DNA of 64,000 nucleotides from an uncultured Gammaproteobacteria bacterium (GCA_963708735.1 CAVPTW010000018.1:1672-65671), one strand, 5' to 3'. Shown: positions 52,714-64,000, numbered from the stretch's first letter. Notes: generated by a model from the letters alone, not told the origin. Numbers and translations are program-made.

Positions 52714-54180
52714 ATGCATGACCTGACCCTAGCCCAGATGTGCCACGGCCTGGCGCGCCGGGACTTTTCCAGTGCCGAACTCACGCGTCATCTGCTGACC
52801 CGCGTCAAGGCGGCCAATCCGCACTACAACGCCTTCATTACCATCGGCGAAGAACGGGCGCTGGCCCAGGCCGCCGCCGCCGACCGGCGCCGCGCGGCGG
52901 GGGATGCGCCGGCACTGTGCGGCCTGCCCATTGCCCACAAGGATATTTTCTGCACCCGGGGTCTGCGCACCAGCTGCGGCTCGCGGATGCTCGACAACTT
53001 CGTGCCGCCCTACGACGCCACCGTGGTCGAGCGCTTTGCCGGCGTCGGTGCCGTGGTACTGGGCAAGACCAACATGGACGAGTTCGCCATGGGCTCGTCC
53101 AACGAGACCAGCTACTACGGTCCGGTCAAAAATCCCTGGGCGATCGACTGCGTCCCGGGCGGCTCCTCCGGCGGCTCGGCGGCGGCCTTGGCGGCGCGTC
53201 TGGTGCCGGGCGCCACCGCCTCGGACACCGGCGGATCCATCCGCCAGCCGGCGGCGCTGTGCGGCGTCACCGGACTCAAGCCCACCTACGGTCGCGTATC
53301 CCGCTGGGGCATGATCGCGTTTGCTTCCAGTCTCGACCAGGCCGGCCCCATGGCCCGCAGCGCCGAAGACGTGGCGCTGCTGCTCCAGGTCATGGCGGGC
53401 TTCGACGAGCGGGACTCCACCTGCCTCGACCGCCCCGTGCCGGATTACTGCGCGACCCTGGAGCAACCCCTGGCCGGACTGCGCATCGGCGTGCCGGAGG
53501 AATATTTCGGCGCCGGCCTCAACCCCGGCACCGAGCGCGCGGTACGCGAGGCGCTCGCCGAATTCGTGCGCCAGGGCGCCCGTCTGGTGGCCATCAGCCT
53601 GCCCCATTCCGGACTCGCAGTGCCCGCCTACTATGTGATCGCGCCCGCCGAAGCCTCGGCCAACCTGTCGCGCTTCGACGGCGTGCGCTACGGCCACCGC
53701 TGTGCGGACCCGGTCGATCTGCGCGACCTCTACATGCGCACCCGGGAAGAGGGCTTCGGCGACGAGGTCAAACGCCGCATCCTGATCGGTACCTACTGCC
53801 TGTCCGCCGGCTACTACGACGCCTACTACAACAAGGCGCAGCAGGTACGGCGACTGATTCGGCAGGATTTTCTCGACGCCTTCGCGAACGTCGACCTGAT
53901 CCTGGGCCCCACCTGCCCCAACCCGGCCTTTGCGTTCGGCGCCAAGGGTGACGATCCGGTGGCCATGTATCTCGAGGACATCTACACCATCGCTGCCAAC
54001 CTCGCCGGGCTGCCGGCACTGTCGGTGCCCTGCGGTCTGGTGGATGCCAAGCCCGTGGGCCTGCAGATCATCGGCAACTACTTCGACGAGGCGCGCATGC
54101 TGAACGCCGCCCATCGCTACCAGTTGGCGACCGGCTGGCATCAACTGGCGCCGCCCGCGCTGGCGGAGGCCGCCGCATGA
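52714..54180 (+). CDS. gatA: Asp/Glu-tRNA amidotransferase subunit A
   Basis: The amidase signature [13 protein letters not shown] and the motif [12 protein letters not shown] are present. Confidence 0.95.
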   Translation: MHDLTLAQMCHGLARRDFSSAELTRHLLTRVKAANPHYNAFITIGEERALAQAAAADRRRAAGDAPALCGLPIAHKDIFCTRGLRTSCGSRMLDNFVPPYDATVVERFAGVGAVVLGKTNMDEFAMGSSNETSYYGPVKNPWAIDCVPGGSSGGSAAALAARLVPGATASDTGGSIRQPAALCGVTGLKPTYGRVSRWGMIAFASSLDQAGPMARSAEDVALLLQVMAGFDERDSTCLDRPVPDYCATLEQPLAGLRIGVPEEYFGAGLNPGTERAVREALAEFVRQGARLVAISLPHSGLAVPAYYVIAPAEASANLSRFDGVRYGHRCADPVDLRDLYMRTREEGFGDEVKRRILIGTYCLSAGYYDAYYNKAQQVRRLIRQDFLDAFANVDLILGPTCPNPAFAFGAKGDDPVAMYLEDIYTIAANLAGLPALSVPCGLVDAKPVGLQIIGNYFDEARMLNAAHRYQLATGWHQLAPPALAEAAA

Positions 54181-55619
54181 GCTGGGAAACCGTGATCGGA
54201 CTCGAAGTCCACCTCCAGCTCGCCACCCGCTCCAAGCTGTTCTCCGGCGCCGCGACCGCGTTCGGCGCCGCGCCCAACACCCAGGCCTGCGCCATCGACC
54301 TGGCGCTGCCCGGTACCTTGCCGCTGCTGAACCGGGCTGCGGTCGAAATGGCGATCCGCTTCGGGCTCGCGGTCGATGCCGAGATCAATCCGGTGTCGGT
54401 GTTCGAGCGCAAGAACTACTTCTATCCGGACCTGCCCAAGGGCTACCAGACCACCCAGCTCGCGCATCCCATCGTGGGGCCGGGCCATCTCGACATCGAG
54501 CTCGCCGACGGGCGCGAGAAGCGCATCCGCATCCACCACGCCCACCTGGAAGAGGACGCCGGCAAGTCGCTGCACGAGGACTTCCACGGCCTGTCGGGGA
54601 TCGACCTCAACCGTGCCGGCACGCCGCTGATCGAGATCGTCACCGAGCCGGACCTGCGCAGCGCCGAGGAAGCCGTCGCGTTCGCGAAGAAACTCCACGC
54701 CATCGTTACCGCGCTCGGGATCAGCGACGGCGATATGTCCCAGGGCTCGATGCGCTTCGATGTCAACGTCTCGGTGCGCCGCCCGGGCGAACCCCTGGGC
54801 ACCCGCACCGAGACCAAGAACCTCAACTCGTTCCGGTTCATGGAGCGCGCCATCGCCAAGGAGGTCGCGCGCCAGATCGGCGTTCTGGAGGACGGCGGCC
54901 GGGTGATCCAGGAAACCCGCCTCTACGACGGCGACACCGACAGCGCCCGCGCCATGCGGAGCAAGGAAGAGGCCAACGATTACCGCTACTTTCCCTGCCC
55001 GGACCTGTTGCCGGTGCAGGTCGAGCCGGCCCTGATCGAACGGCTGCGCGCCACCCAGCCGGAGCTGCCGGAAGCGCGCCGGGCGCGCTTCGTCACCGAG
55101 TACGGACTGTCCGACTACGACGCCGGTCAGCTCGCCGCCGACACGCCCACCGCGCACTACTTCGAGGCGGCGGCCAAGGCATCCGGCGATCCCAAGCTGG
55201 CCGCCAACTGGCTGATGGGCGAGATTGCCGCGCGCCTCAACAGCACCGAGACGGTCATCGCCGCCTGCCCGGTGAGCCCGGCCCAGCTCGGCGGCTTGCT
55301 GCAACGGATTCTCGACCGCACCATCTCCAACGCCATTGCGCGCCAGGTGTTCGAGGCGCTCTGGAACGGCGCCAGCGACGCCGACACCGTGATCGCGGCC
55401 AAGGGGCTGCAACAGGTCTCCGACAGCGGCGTCATCGCCGCCCTGGTCGAGCAGGTACTGGCGGCCAACCCCAAACAGGTGGCCGACTACCGCGCCGCCG
55501 CGGACGACAAGAAAGCCAAGATGCTCGGCTTTTTCGTCGGTCAGGTCATGAAAGCCTCGGGCGGCAAGGTCAATCCCCAGCAGCTCAACGAACTGCTCGC
55601 CACCCAGCTCAACGGATAA
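54177..55619 (+). CDS. gatB: Asp/Glu-tRNA amidotransferase subunit B
   Basis: Motifs [27 protein letters not shown] and HLEEDAGK. Confidence 0.96.
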   Translation: MSWETVIGLEVHLQLATRSKLFSGAATAFGAAPNTQACAIDLALPGTLPLLNRAAVEMAIRFGLAVDAEINPVSVFERKNYFYPDLPKGYQTTQLAHPIVGPGHLDIELADGREKRIRIHHAHLEEDAGKSLHEDFHGLSGIDLNRAGTPLIEIVTEPDLRSAEEAVAFAKKLHAIVTALGISDGDMSQGSMRFDVNVSVRRPGEPLGTRTETKNLNSFRFMERAIAKEVARQIGVLEDGGRVIQETRLYDGDTDSARAMRSKEEANDYRYFPCPDLLPVQVEPALIERLRATQPELPEARRARFVTEYGLSDYDAGQLAADTPTAHYFEAAAKASGDPKLAANWLMGEIAARLNSTETVIAACPVSPAQLGGLLQRILDRTISNAIARQVFEALWNGASDADTVIAAKGLQQVSDSGVIAALVEQVLAANPKQVADYRAAADDKKAKMLGFFVGQVMKASGGKVNPQQLNELLATQLNG

Positions 55620-55635
55620 TGCAGAGGACATCGCC

Positions 55636-55926
55636 ATGGCGCTGAAAAAAGACAAGGTGCAGGTCATCGGCGAAGTCTTCGACGCGGCGCGGCTGCGCAG
55701 CTTCCTCGACTATCAACCGCCCGCCGGCGTCGACCCCGACTACCATGTGCTGGAGAAAGCCTACCGGGGCATGGGTGCCGAGAATTTTGCGGACTTCCTG
55801 GCGCTGTTCATCGCCGCCGGCCGCAACCCGCACGCCACCAATCCCGCCGGACAGACCCTGGCCGAGGTGATCCGGAACCAGCGCCACGCCGAACCCTATC
55901 TGGCGGCGCTCGAGCGTCTTGCCTGA
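55636..55926 (+). CDS. Conserved hypothetical protein (96 aa) downstream of gatB
   Basis: The frame is open with plausible composition and lies 16 nt after gatB. I do not recognise the family with confidence. Confidence 0.5.
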   Translation: MALKKDKVQVIGEVFDAARLRSFLDYQPPAGVDPDYHVLEKAYRGMGAENFADFLALFIAAGRNPHATNPAGQTLAEVIRNQRHAEPYLAALERLA

Positions 55927-55985
55927 GCCGCGCGCCGCCGGCCGCTTCCCCATCCTGAAACCCGCAACTCACTGAGGAATCCACC

Positions 55986-58070
<2,085 letters not shown>

Positions 58071-58170
58071 CTTTTTTGCGGCCCGCAACAACGCCACGCC
58101 GGCCGGTGACCGTCAGCCTCGCCTGACGGCCCAGCGGTGCCGGCAGGCGTTGTTGGCGTAGGAGCGCGTA

Positions 58171-61100
58171 ATGCCCGAAAAAGAAGCCACCGCCCGCATC
58201 AAGATCAACCGGCTGCTGGAAGCGGCCGGCTGGCGGTTCTTCGCTGACGGCGCGCTGCCGGCCAATATCAGGCTTGAGCCCGGCGTCGCGCTCAAATCCC
58301 ACGATCTCGACGCGCTGGGCAACGACTTCGATAAAACGAGCAAGGGCTTCGTCGATTTCCTGCTGCTGGATGCCAAGGGCTTTCCGCTGCTGGTGCTGGA
58401 GGCCAAGGCCGAAACCAAAAATCCGCTGGCCGGCAAGGAGCAGGCGCGCAAATACGCCCGCGCGCAGAACTGCCGCTTCGTCATCCTTTCCAACGGCAAC
58501 CTGCATTACTTCTGGGATCTGGAGCGCGGCAATCCCCATGTCATCACCGCCTTTCCCACCCCGGAGTCGGTGGTCGGCTACCAGAAGGTCACGCCCAACC
58601 CGGCGCGGCTGACGGACGAAAAAGTCGCTGACGACTACATCGTCCTCACGCAGCGCCCGACTTACGCTCTTGATGCCGGCTGGAAGAGCGCGGCTGAGCG
58701 CCCGGCCTACATCCAGGCCAACAAGCTGCGTTTCCTGCGGCCCTACCAGCTCCAGGCCATCCATGCCCTGCAACGGGCGGTCGGCGAGGGCAGGGACCGC
58801 TTCCTGTTCGAGATGGCCACCGGCACCGGCAAGACGCTCACCGCCGCCGCCATCATCAAGCTGTACCTGCGCTCCGGCAACGCCCGGCGGGTGTTGTTTC
58901 TGGTCGATCGCCTCGAACTCGAAGACCAGGCCAAAAAGGCCTTTGCGGGCCTGTTGTCTGCCGACTTCCAGACCGTCATCTACAAGGAAAACCGCGACGA
59001 CTGGCGCCGCGCCGAGATCGTCGTCACCACTGTGCAGTCGCTGCTGTTCAACAACAAATACCAGCGCCTGTTCTCGCCCACCGATTTCGATCTGGTGATC
59101 TCGGACGAGGCGCACCGCTCCATCGGCGGCAACGCCCGCGCCGTGTTCGATTACTTCGTCGGCGACAAGCTGGGGCTCACCGCCACGCCGCGCGACTACC
59201 TGCGCCGCTTCGACAGCGCCAAACCGGGCAGCCGCGATCCGCGCGAGGCCGAACGCCGCCTGCTGCTGGACACCTACCGCACCTTCGGCTGCGAATCCGG
59301 CCAGCCGACCTTCCGCTACTCGCTGCTCGATGGCGTGAAGGACGGCTATCTGATCAACCCCACCGTGGTGGACGCCCGTACCGACGTCACCACCGAACTG
59401 CTTTCGGAAGAGGGCTTCGTCGTCACCGTCACCGACGACACCGGCGAGGACCAGCAAGAGGCCTTCAAGCAGCGCGAGTTCGAGAAGCGCTTTTTCTCGG
59501 ATGCCACCAACCAGCTTTTCTGCAAGACCTTTCTGGAACACGCCCTGCGCGACCCGGTCAGCGGGGAGGTCGGCAAGTCCATCGTGTTTGCCGTCAGCCA
59601 GCACCACGCCGCCAAGCTGGCGCAGATCCTCAACCAGATGGCCGACCGGATGTTCCCCGGCAAGTACCAGTCCGACTTCGCCGTGCAGGTCACGTCGCAG
59701 ATTCAGGACGCCCAGCAGTTCACCATCAACTTTGCCAACAACAACCTGCTCGGCGCCGGCAATTTCATCTCCGCCTACAAGACCAGCAAGGCGCGGGTGT
59801 GCGTCACCGTGGGCATGATGACCACCGGCTACGACTGCACGGACATCCTGAACCTGGGCCTGCTGCGGCCGATCTTCTCGCCGACGGATTTCATCCAGAT
59901 CAAGGGTCGTGGCACCCGCAAGCACGACTTTCGCGAGCAACTGTTCGACGACGCCCTCAAGGCCGGCGTCACCCGGCCCGAGAAAACCGCCTTCAAGCTG
60001 TTCGACTTTTTTGCCAACTGCGAATACTTCGAGACCGAGTTCAATTACGACGAAGTGCTGAAGCTGCCGCGTCCCCGCATGCACAGCGCCGACGACGGCC
60101 GCGATACCGGCGCGATGGCAGTACGACGGCAACTACGAGCACCTGGGCAGCGACATCCTGGCCGGCATCAAGGAAGAGACCATCGGCCACGACGGCATGA
60201 AGATCGACCGCATGTTCTTCGCGCGCTTCGAAGACGCCGTGCGCGAGAACGCCGACATCGTCGCGGCCGTGGAGGCCGGCCAGTGGGATCACGTCATCGA
60301 CTACCTGAGCGCCCGGCCTACATCCAGGCCAACAAGCTGCGCTTCCTGCGGCCCTACCAGCTCCAGGCCATCCATGCCCTGCAACGGGCGGTCGGCGAGG
60401 GCAGGGACCGCTTCCTGTTCGAGATGGCCACCGGCACCGGCAAGACCCTCACCGCCGCCGCCATCATCAAGCTGTACCTGCGCTCCGGCAACGCCCGGCG
60501 GGTGCTGTTTCTGGTCGATCGCCTCGAACTCGAAGACCAGGCCAAAAAGGCCTTTGCGGGCCTGTTGTCCGCCGACTTCCAGACCGTCATCTACAAGGAA
60601 AACCGCGACGACTGGCGCCGCGCCGAGATCGTCGTCACCACCGTGCAGTCGCTGCTGTTCAACAACAAATACCAGCGCCTGTTCTCGCCGACCGACTTCG
60701 ATCTGGTGATCTCGGACGAGGCGCACCGCTCCATCGGCGGCAACGCCCGCGCCGTGTTCGATTACTTCGTCGGCGACAAGCTCGGCCTCACCGCCACGCC
60801 GCGCGACTACCTGCGCCGTTTCGACAGCGCCAAGCCGGGCAGCCGCGATCCGCGCGAGGCCGAACGCCGCCTGCTGCTGGACACCTACCGCACCTTCGGC
60901 TGCGAATCCGGCCAGCCGACCTTCCGCTACTCGCTGCTCGATGGCGTGAAGGACGGCTATCTGGTCAACCCCACCGTGGTCGACGCCCGCACCGACGTCA
61001 CCACCGAGCTGCTTTCGGAAGAGGGCTTCATCGTCACGGTCACCGACGACACCGGCGAGGACCAGCAGGAGGCCTTCAAGCAGCGCGAGTTCGAGAAGCG

Positions 61101-62322
61101 CTTTTTCTCCGACGCCACCAACCAGCTTTTCTGCAAGACCTTTCTGGAACACGCCCTGCGCGATCCGGTCAGCGGCGAGATCGGCAAATCCATCGTGTTT
61201 GCCGTCAGCCAGCACCACGCCGCCAAGCTGGCGCAGATCCTCAACCAGATGGCCGACCGGATGTTCCCCGGCAAGTACCAGTCGGACTTCGCCGTGCAGG
61301 TCACGTCGCAGATTCAGGACGCCCAGCAGTTCACCATCAACTTTGCCAACAACAACCTGCTCGGCGCCGGCAATTTCATCCCCGCCTACAAGACCAGCAA
61401 GGCGCGGGTGTGCGTGACCGTGGGCATGATGACCACCGGCTACGACTGCACCGACATCCTGAACCTGGGCCTGCTTCGGCCCATCTTCTCGCCCACCGAT
61501 TTCATCCAGATCAAGGGCCGCGGCACCCGCAAGCACGACTTTCGCGAGCAACTGTTCGACGACGCCCTCAAGGCCGGCGTCACCCGGCCCGAGAAAACCG
61601 CCTTCAAGCTGTTCGACTTTTTTGCCAACTGCGAATACTTCGAGACCGAGTTCAATTACGACGAAGTGCTGAAGCTGCCGCGTCCCCGCATGCACAGCGC
61701 CGACGACGGCCGCGATACCGGCGCGGTGGCGTACGACGGCAACTACGAGCACCTGGGCAGCGACATCCTGGCCGGCATCAAGGAAGAGACCATCGGCCAC
61801 GACGGCATGAAGATCGACCGCATGTTCTTCGCGCGCTTCGAAGACGCCGTGCGCGAGAACGCCGACATCGTCGCGGCCGTGGAGGCCGGGCACTGGGATC
61901 AGGTGATCGACTACGTCAACCGCGAGGTCTTCGACAAGCCCGAGGAGTTCTACAACCTCGACAAGCTGCGCCGGGCCGCCGCCGTGGATCGCCGCCTGAC
62001 CCTGCGCGAGATTCTGGAGAAAATCTTCGGCCTGATCCCGCGCTTCAAGTCCAGGGACGAGTTGCTGGAGGAGGAATTCGCCAAGTTCGTCGCCGACGCC
62101 AAGCCCGGCGAGGCCGCCGCCATGCCGGCCATCAAGACCTACTTCAAGGCCTACGTCAGCAGCGGCCAGATCCGCGACATCATCGACCGCAAGGACTTCA
62201 CCGTTCTGGCCACCCACCCCATGTTCTGCACCCGCGACTTCAAGGCGGTGCCGGCCAGGTACCGCGCCCTCATCCCCGATTACGTCAAGGACTACGTTTC
62301 GCTCAACCAGTTCGCGCCATGA
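58171..62322 (+). CDS. hsdR: Type I restriction endonuclease R subunit (COG4096/EcoEI-like) carrying an internal tandem duplication of the helicase motor
   Basis: The N-terminus is an HSDR_N PD-(D/E)xK nuclease (DFLLLD...LEAK). The SF2 motifs MATGTGKT, SDEAHR, LTATPR and QIKGRGTR each occur twice. The C-terminus is an EcoEI_R_C-like tail. The product is 1383 aa, against 846 aa if one repeat unit is removed. Confidence 0.8.
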   Translation: MPEKEATARIKINRLLEAAGWRFFADGALPANIRLEPGVALKSHDLDALGNDFDKTSKGFVDFLLLDAKGFPLLVLEAKAETKNPLAGKEQARKYARAQNCRFVILSNGNLHYFWDLERGNPHVITAFPTPESVVGYQKVTPNPARLTDEKVADDYIVLTQRPTYALDAGWKSAAERPAYIQANKLRFLRPYQLQAIHALQRAVGEGRDRFLFEMATGTGKTLTAAAIIKLYLRSGNARRVLFLVDRLELEDQAKKAFAGLLSADFQTVIYKENRDDWRRAEIVVTTVQSLLFNNKYQRLFSPTDFDLVISDEAHRSIGGNARAVFDYFVGDKLGLTATPRDYLRRFDSAKPGSRDPREAERRLLLDTYRTFGCESGQPTFRYSLLDGVKDGYLINPTVVDARTDVTTELLSEEGFVVTVTDDTGEDQQEAFKQREFEKRFFSDATNQLFCKTFLEHALRDPVSGEVGKSIVFAVSQHHAAKLAQILNQMADRMFPGKYQSDFAVQVTSQIQDAQQFTINFANNNLLGAGNFISAYKTSKARVCVTVGMMTTGYDCTDILNLGLLRPIFSPTDFIQIKGRGTRKHDFREQLFDDALKAGVTRPEKTAFKLFDFFANCEYFETEFNYDEVLKLPRPRMHSADDGRDTGAMAVRRQLRAPGQRHPGRHQGRDHRPRRHEDRPHVLRALRRRRARERRHRRGRGGRPVGSRHRLPERPAYIQANKLRFLRPYQLQAIHALQRAVGEGRDRFLFEMATGTGKTLTAAAIIKLYLRSGNARRVLFLVDRLELEDQAKKAFAGLLSADFQTVIYKENRDDWRRAEIVVTTVQSLLFNNKYQRLFSPTDFDLVISDEAHRSIGGNARAVFDYFVGDKLGLTATPRDYLRRFDSAKPGSRDPREAERRLLLDTYRTFGCESGQPTFRYSLLDGVKDGYLVNPTVVDARTDVTTELLSEEGFIVTVTDDTGEDQQEAFKQREFEKRFFSDATNQLFCKTFLEHALRDPVSGEIGKSIVFAVSQHHAAKLAQILNQMADRMFPGKYQSDFAVQVTSQIQDAQQFTINFANNNLLGAGNFIPAYKTSKARVCVTVGMMTTGYDCTDILNLGLLRPIFSPTDFIQIKGRGTRKHDFREQLFDDALKAGVTRPEKTAFKLFDFFANCEYFETEFNYDEVLKLPRPRMHSADDGRDTGAVAYDGNYEHLGSDILAGIKEETIGHDGMKIDRMFFARFEDAVRENADIVAAVEAGHWDQVIDYVNREVFDKPEEFYNLDKLRRAAAVDRRLTLREILEKIFGLIPRFKSRDELLEEEFAKFVADAKPGEAAAMPAIKTYFKAYVSSGQIRDIIDRKDFTVLATHPMFCTRDFKAVPARYRALIPDYVKDYVSLNQFAP
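58694..60304 (+). repeat. Tandem duplication unit, copy 1 (1611 nt, contains one extra base at 60120)
   Basis: It starts with CTGAGCGCCCGGCCTACATCC and ends with ATCGACTAC. It is collinear with 60305-61914. Confidence 0.95.
60305..61914 (+). repeat. Tandem duplication unit, copy 2 (1610 nt)
   Basis: It has the same start and end strings as copy 1. The offset from copy 1 is 1611 nt up to 60119 and 1610 nt after it. Confidence 0.95.
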
Positions 62323-62434
62323 AAATGCGGCGGCCGGCGACAGGCGAGGGTGCGGCGCAAGAATCGGGGTCGCGCGGCCACGGCATCCGGCGTAGACTGA
62401 TGTCAACGACATTGATTGAACTTCGGGGGCTGCC

Positions 62435-62656
62435 ATGAGCCAGATTACCGCCCGGCTGCCGGATGAGCTGGTGGCCGAACTGGACCACGCCGCCAGGCAG
62501 CTTCGGCGCACGCGCGCCGAACTGGTCCGCCAGGCCGTCGAATACTATCTGGACGATTTCGAGGACATTTCCCGCGCCATCGAGGTGCTCAGGGACCCCG
62601 CCGATCCGGTGCTCGACTGGGAAAGCGCCAGGCGCGACCTGATCGACCAACCGTGA
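62435..62656 (+). CDS. Ribbon-helix-helix (CopG/RelB-like) antitoxin
   Basis: MSQITARLPDELVAELDHAARQLRRTRAELVRQAVEYYL is an RHH fold. The stop overlaps the toxin start (GTGA). Confidence 0.8.
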   Translation: MSQITARLPDELVAELDHAARQLRRTRAELVRQAVEYYLDDFEDISRAIEVLRDPADPVLDWESARRDLIDQP

Positions 62657-62907
62657 CCTACCGGGTCCACATCAAGCGCAGCGCCGCCAAGGCGCTGCAA
62701 ACCATCGCCCGGGACGAGCGCCTTCGCCTGATCGAGGCCATCGACCGGCTCGCGGACAATCCCGGCGCCGGCAGCGTGCTCAAGGGGGAGTTCTCCGGCC
62801 TGCGCCGCCTGCGGGTCGGCAATTACCGCATCGTCTACGAAGTGCAGGCGCAGCAACTGGTGGTGCTGGTCGTGCGCATCGGGCACCGCCGCGACATCTA
62901 CCGCTGA
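62653..62907 (+). CDS. RelE/ParE-family type II toxin
   Basis: The segment LKGEFSGLRRLRVGNYRIVYEVQAQQLVVLVVRIGHRRDIY is the canonical RelE/ParE C-terminal pattern. The start is GTG. Confidence 0.85.
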   Translation: MTYRVHIKRSAAKALQTIARDERLRLIEAIDRLADNPGAGSVLKGEFSGLRRLRVGNYRIVYEVQAQQLVVLVVRIGHRRDIYR

Positions 62908-63064
62908 ATACCGCCGAAGATCGCAAGCCCTCGGGGCCTGCGCATTGTTGGAAGCGGTGCGCGCCCAGGCGGCCAGGGAAAGCTTCGTGCGATGATTGCA
63001 GGGCGATTCTGACCAGACTAGACTAAGCCAAATCAAACCATAGATAGACCTGCCGAGGTGGCCC

Positions 63065-63313
63065 ATGACGACCCTCAACATGCTTGAAGCCAAGACCAAC
63101 CTGTCCCGCCTGGTGGACGCCATCGAGCGCGGCGCCGAGCGCGAAATCGTCATCGCCCGCAACGGCAAGCCAGCCGCCCGGCTGGTGCCGATGGCCGACA
63201 GCCCGGTTGAGCAGCGCATCGGCGTCGCGCGCGGCCTGTTCGAGGTGCCGGACGACATCGACACCCACAACGCCGAAGTCGCCGGTCTGTTTATCGGCGG
63301 CGCTGCCCGGTGA
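63065..63313 (+). CDS. Phd/YefM-family type II antitoxin
   Basis: The product starts MTTLNMLEAKTNLSRLVDAIERGAEREIVIARNGKPAARLVP. Confidence 0.85.
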   Translation: MTTLNMLEAKTNLSRLVDAIERGAEREIVIARNGKPAARLVPMADSPVEQRIGVARGLFEVPDDIDTHNAEVAGLFIGGAAR

Positions 63314-63323
63314 CTGTCGCCTG

Positions 63324-63710
63324 ATGAATCTGCTGCTGGATACCCACGTCGCGCTGTGGGCCATCGTGGACAGCCCGCGGCTGTCCGATGCGGCGCGGGA
63401 GCTGATTCTCGCGCCGCGCGCGGTAGTCTGGATCAGCGCCGCCACCGTGTGGGAAATCGCCATCAAGCACAGCCTGGCGCGTGGCGACATGCCGGTGTCC
63501 GGCAGTGCAGCCATCGGCTACTTCCGCGCCGCCGGCTACCGCTTTCTGCCTATCGAGCCGGAACACGCCGCCGCAGTGGAAACCCTGCCGCCGCATCATC
63601 AGGATCCCTTCGACCGCCTGCTGATCGCCCAGGCCCAGGTCGAACCCATGCGCCTGCTCAGCCACGACGCCCACCTGGCGCGCTACGGCGAGTTGGTCGT
63701 CCCCGTCTGA
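63324..63710 (+). CDS. vapC: PIN-domain (VapC-family) type II toxin
   Basis: MNLLLDTHVALWAI carries the first acidic residue, WEIAIK the second, and HQDPFDRLLIAQA is the PIN C-terminal motif. Confidence 0.85.
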   Translation: MNLLLDTHVALWAIVDSPRLSDAARELILAPRAVVWISAATVWEIAIKHSLARGDMPVSGSAAIGYFRAAGYRFLPIEPEHAAAVETLPPHHQDPFDRLLIAQAQVEPMRLLSHDAHLARYGELVVPV

Positions 63711-63726
63711 CCACCGCCGAGCATCC

Positions 63727-64000
63727 ATGGCTCGGCGACACAAGCAGAACCCCATGCTCGACACCGCCACCAAACGCCGCATCGACACCGCCCGCGACAT
63801 CCTGGTCGGCAAGGTGCCCGACCCCAAGAGCCAGGTCGAGCAGATCACCATCGCGCTGATCTACAAGTTCATGGACGACATGGACCTTGAGGCCGAGGAG
63901 CTGGGCGGCCACCGCAAGTTCTTTGCCGGCGATTTTGCCCGCTACGGCTGGGCCAGGCTGATGCGCTCAGGTTTAGGCGGCCACGAGACCCTCAACCTCT
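63727..64000 (+). CDS. hsdM: Type I R-M DNA methyltransferase subunit, 3'-partial (runs off the window)
   Basis: My own translation gives MARRHKQNPMLDTATKRRIDTARDILVGKVPDPKSQVEQITIALIYKFMDDMD..., the HsdM N-terminal domain pattern. It is absent from the ORF track because no stop codon falls in the window. Confidence 0.75.
   Translation, partial: MARRHKQNPMLDTATKRRIDTARDILVGKVPDPKSQVEQITIALIYKFMDDMDLEAEELGGHRKFFAGDFARYGWARLMRSGLGGHETLNL

Noticed and set aside
60120-60304. The Arg-rich segment of the giant HsdR ORF, considered as a genuine nucleic-acid-binding linker domain.
   Set aside because: It is the +1-frame reading of DNA that copy 2 translates as an ordinary, conserved-looking HsdR segment. 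Its composition is a frame artefact, not an evolved domain.

Overview
This is a GC-rich proteobacterial chromosome segment, most likely gammaproteobacterial judging by gene content and order. All function calls come from reading the supplied translations for family-specific motifs; no database search was possible.

Most of the window is housekeeping:
- a sahR-metK-ahcY-metF activated-methyl-cycle operon, then rsmE
- lgt-thyA-folA, ilvD
- an NAD-dependent formate dehydrogenase operon, fdsGBA-fdhD-fdsD
- msrB, yhdP-rng-maf-mreDCB, gatCAB and a fadB-like gene

Three parts are accessory.
1. About 21.1-33.3 kb is a visibly AT-richer stress and envelope island. It holds several very small membrane or stress proteins, two paralogous Crp/Fnr regulators and a hybrid-kinase/REC-PAS/Crp operon. 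It also holds an IS5 transposase remnant, a decayed cardiolipin-synthase gene and a secreted protein I cannot place.
2. Two secreted proteins with IPTL-CTERM-like sorting tails lie at 3-362 and 8522-9796. The second has an ice-binding-like (DUF3494) domain.
3. From 58.2 kb to the window end is a type I restriction-modification locus.

The most unusual item is in that last locus. Its hsdR gene carries a head-to-tail 1.6-kb duplication of the whole helicase motor. The duplicated unit is 1610 nt, which is not a multiple of three. A single extra base about 185 nt upstream of the junction restores the frame, giving one 1383-aa ORF. Two type II toxin-antitoxin pairs sit between hsdR and the start of hsdM.

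I saw no rRNA, tRNA or CRISPR array.
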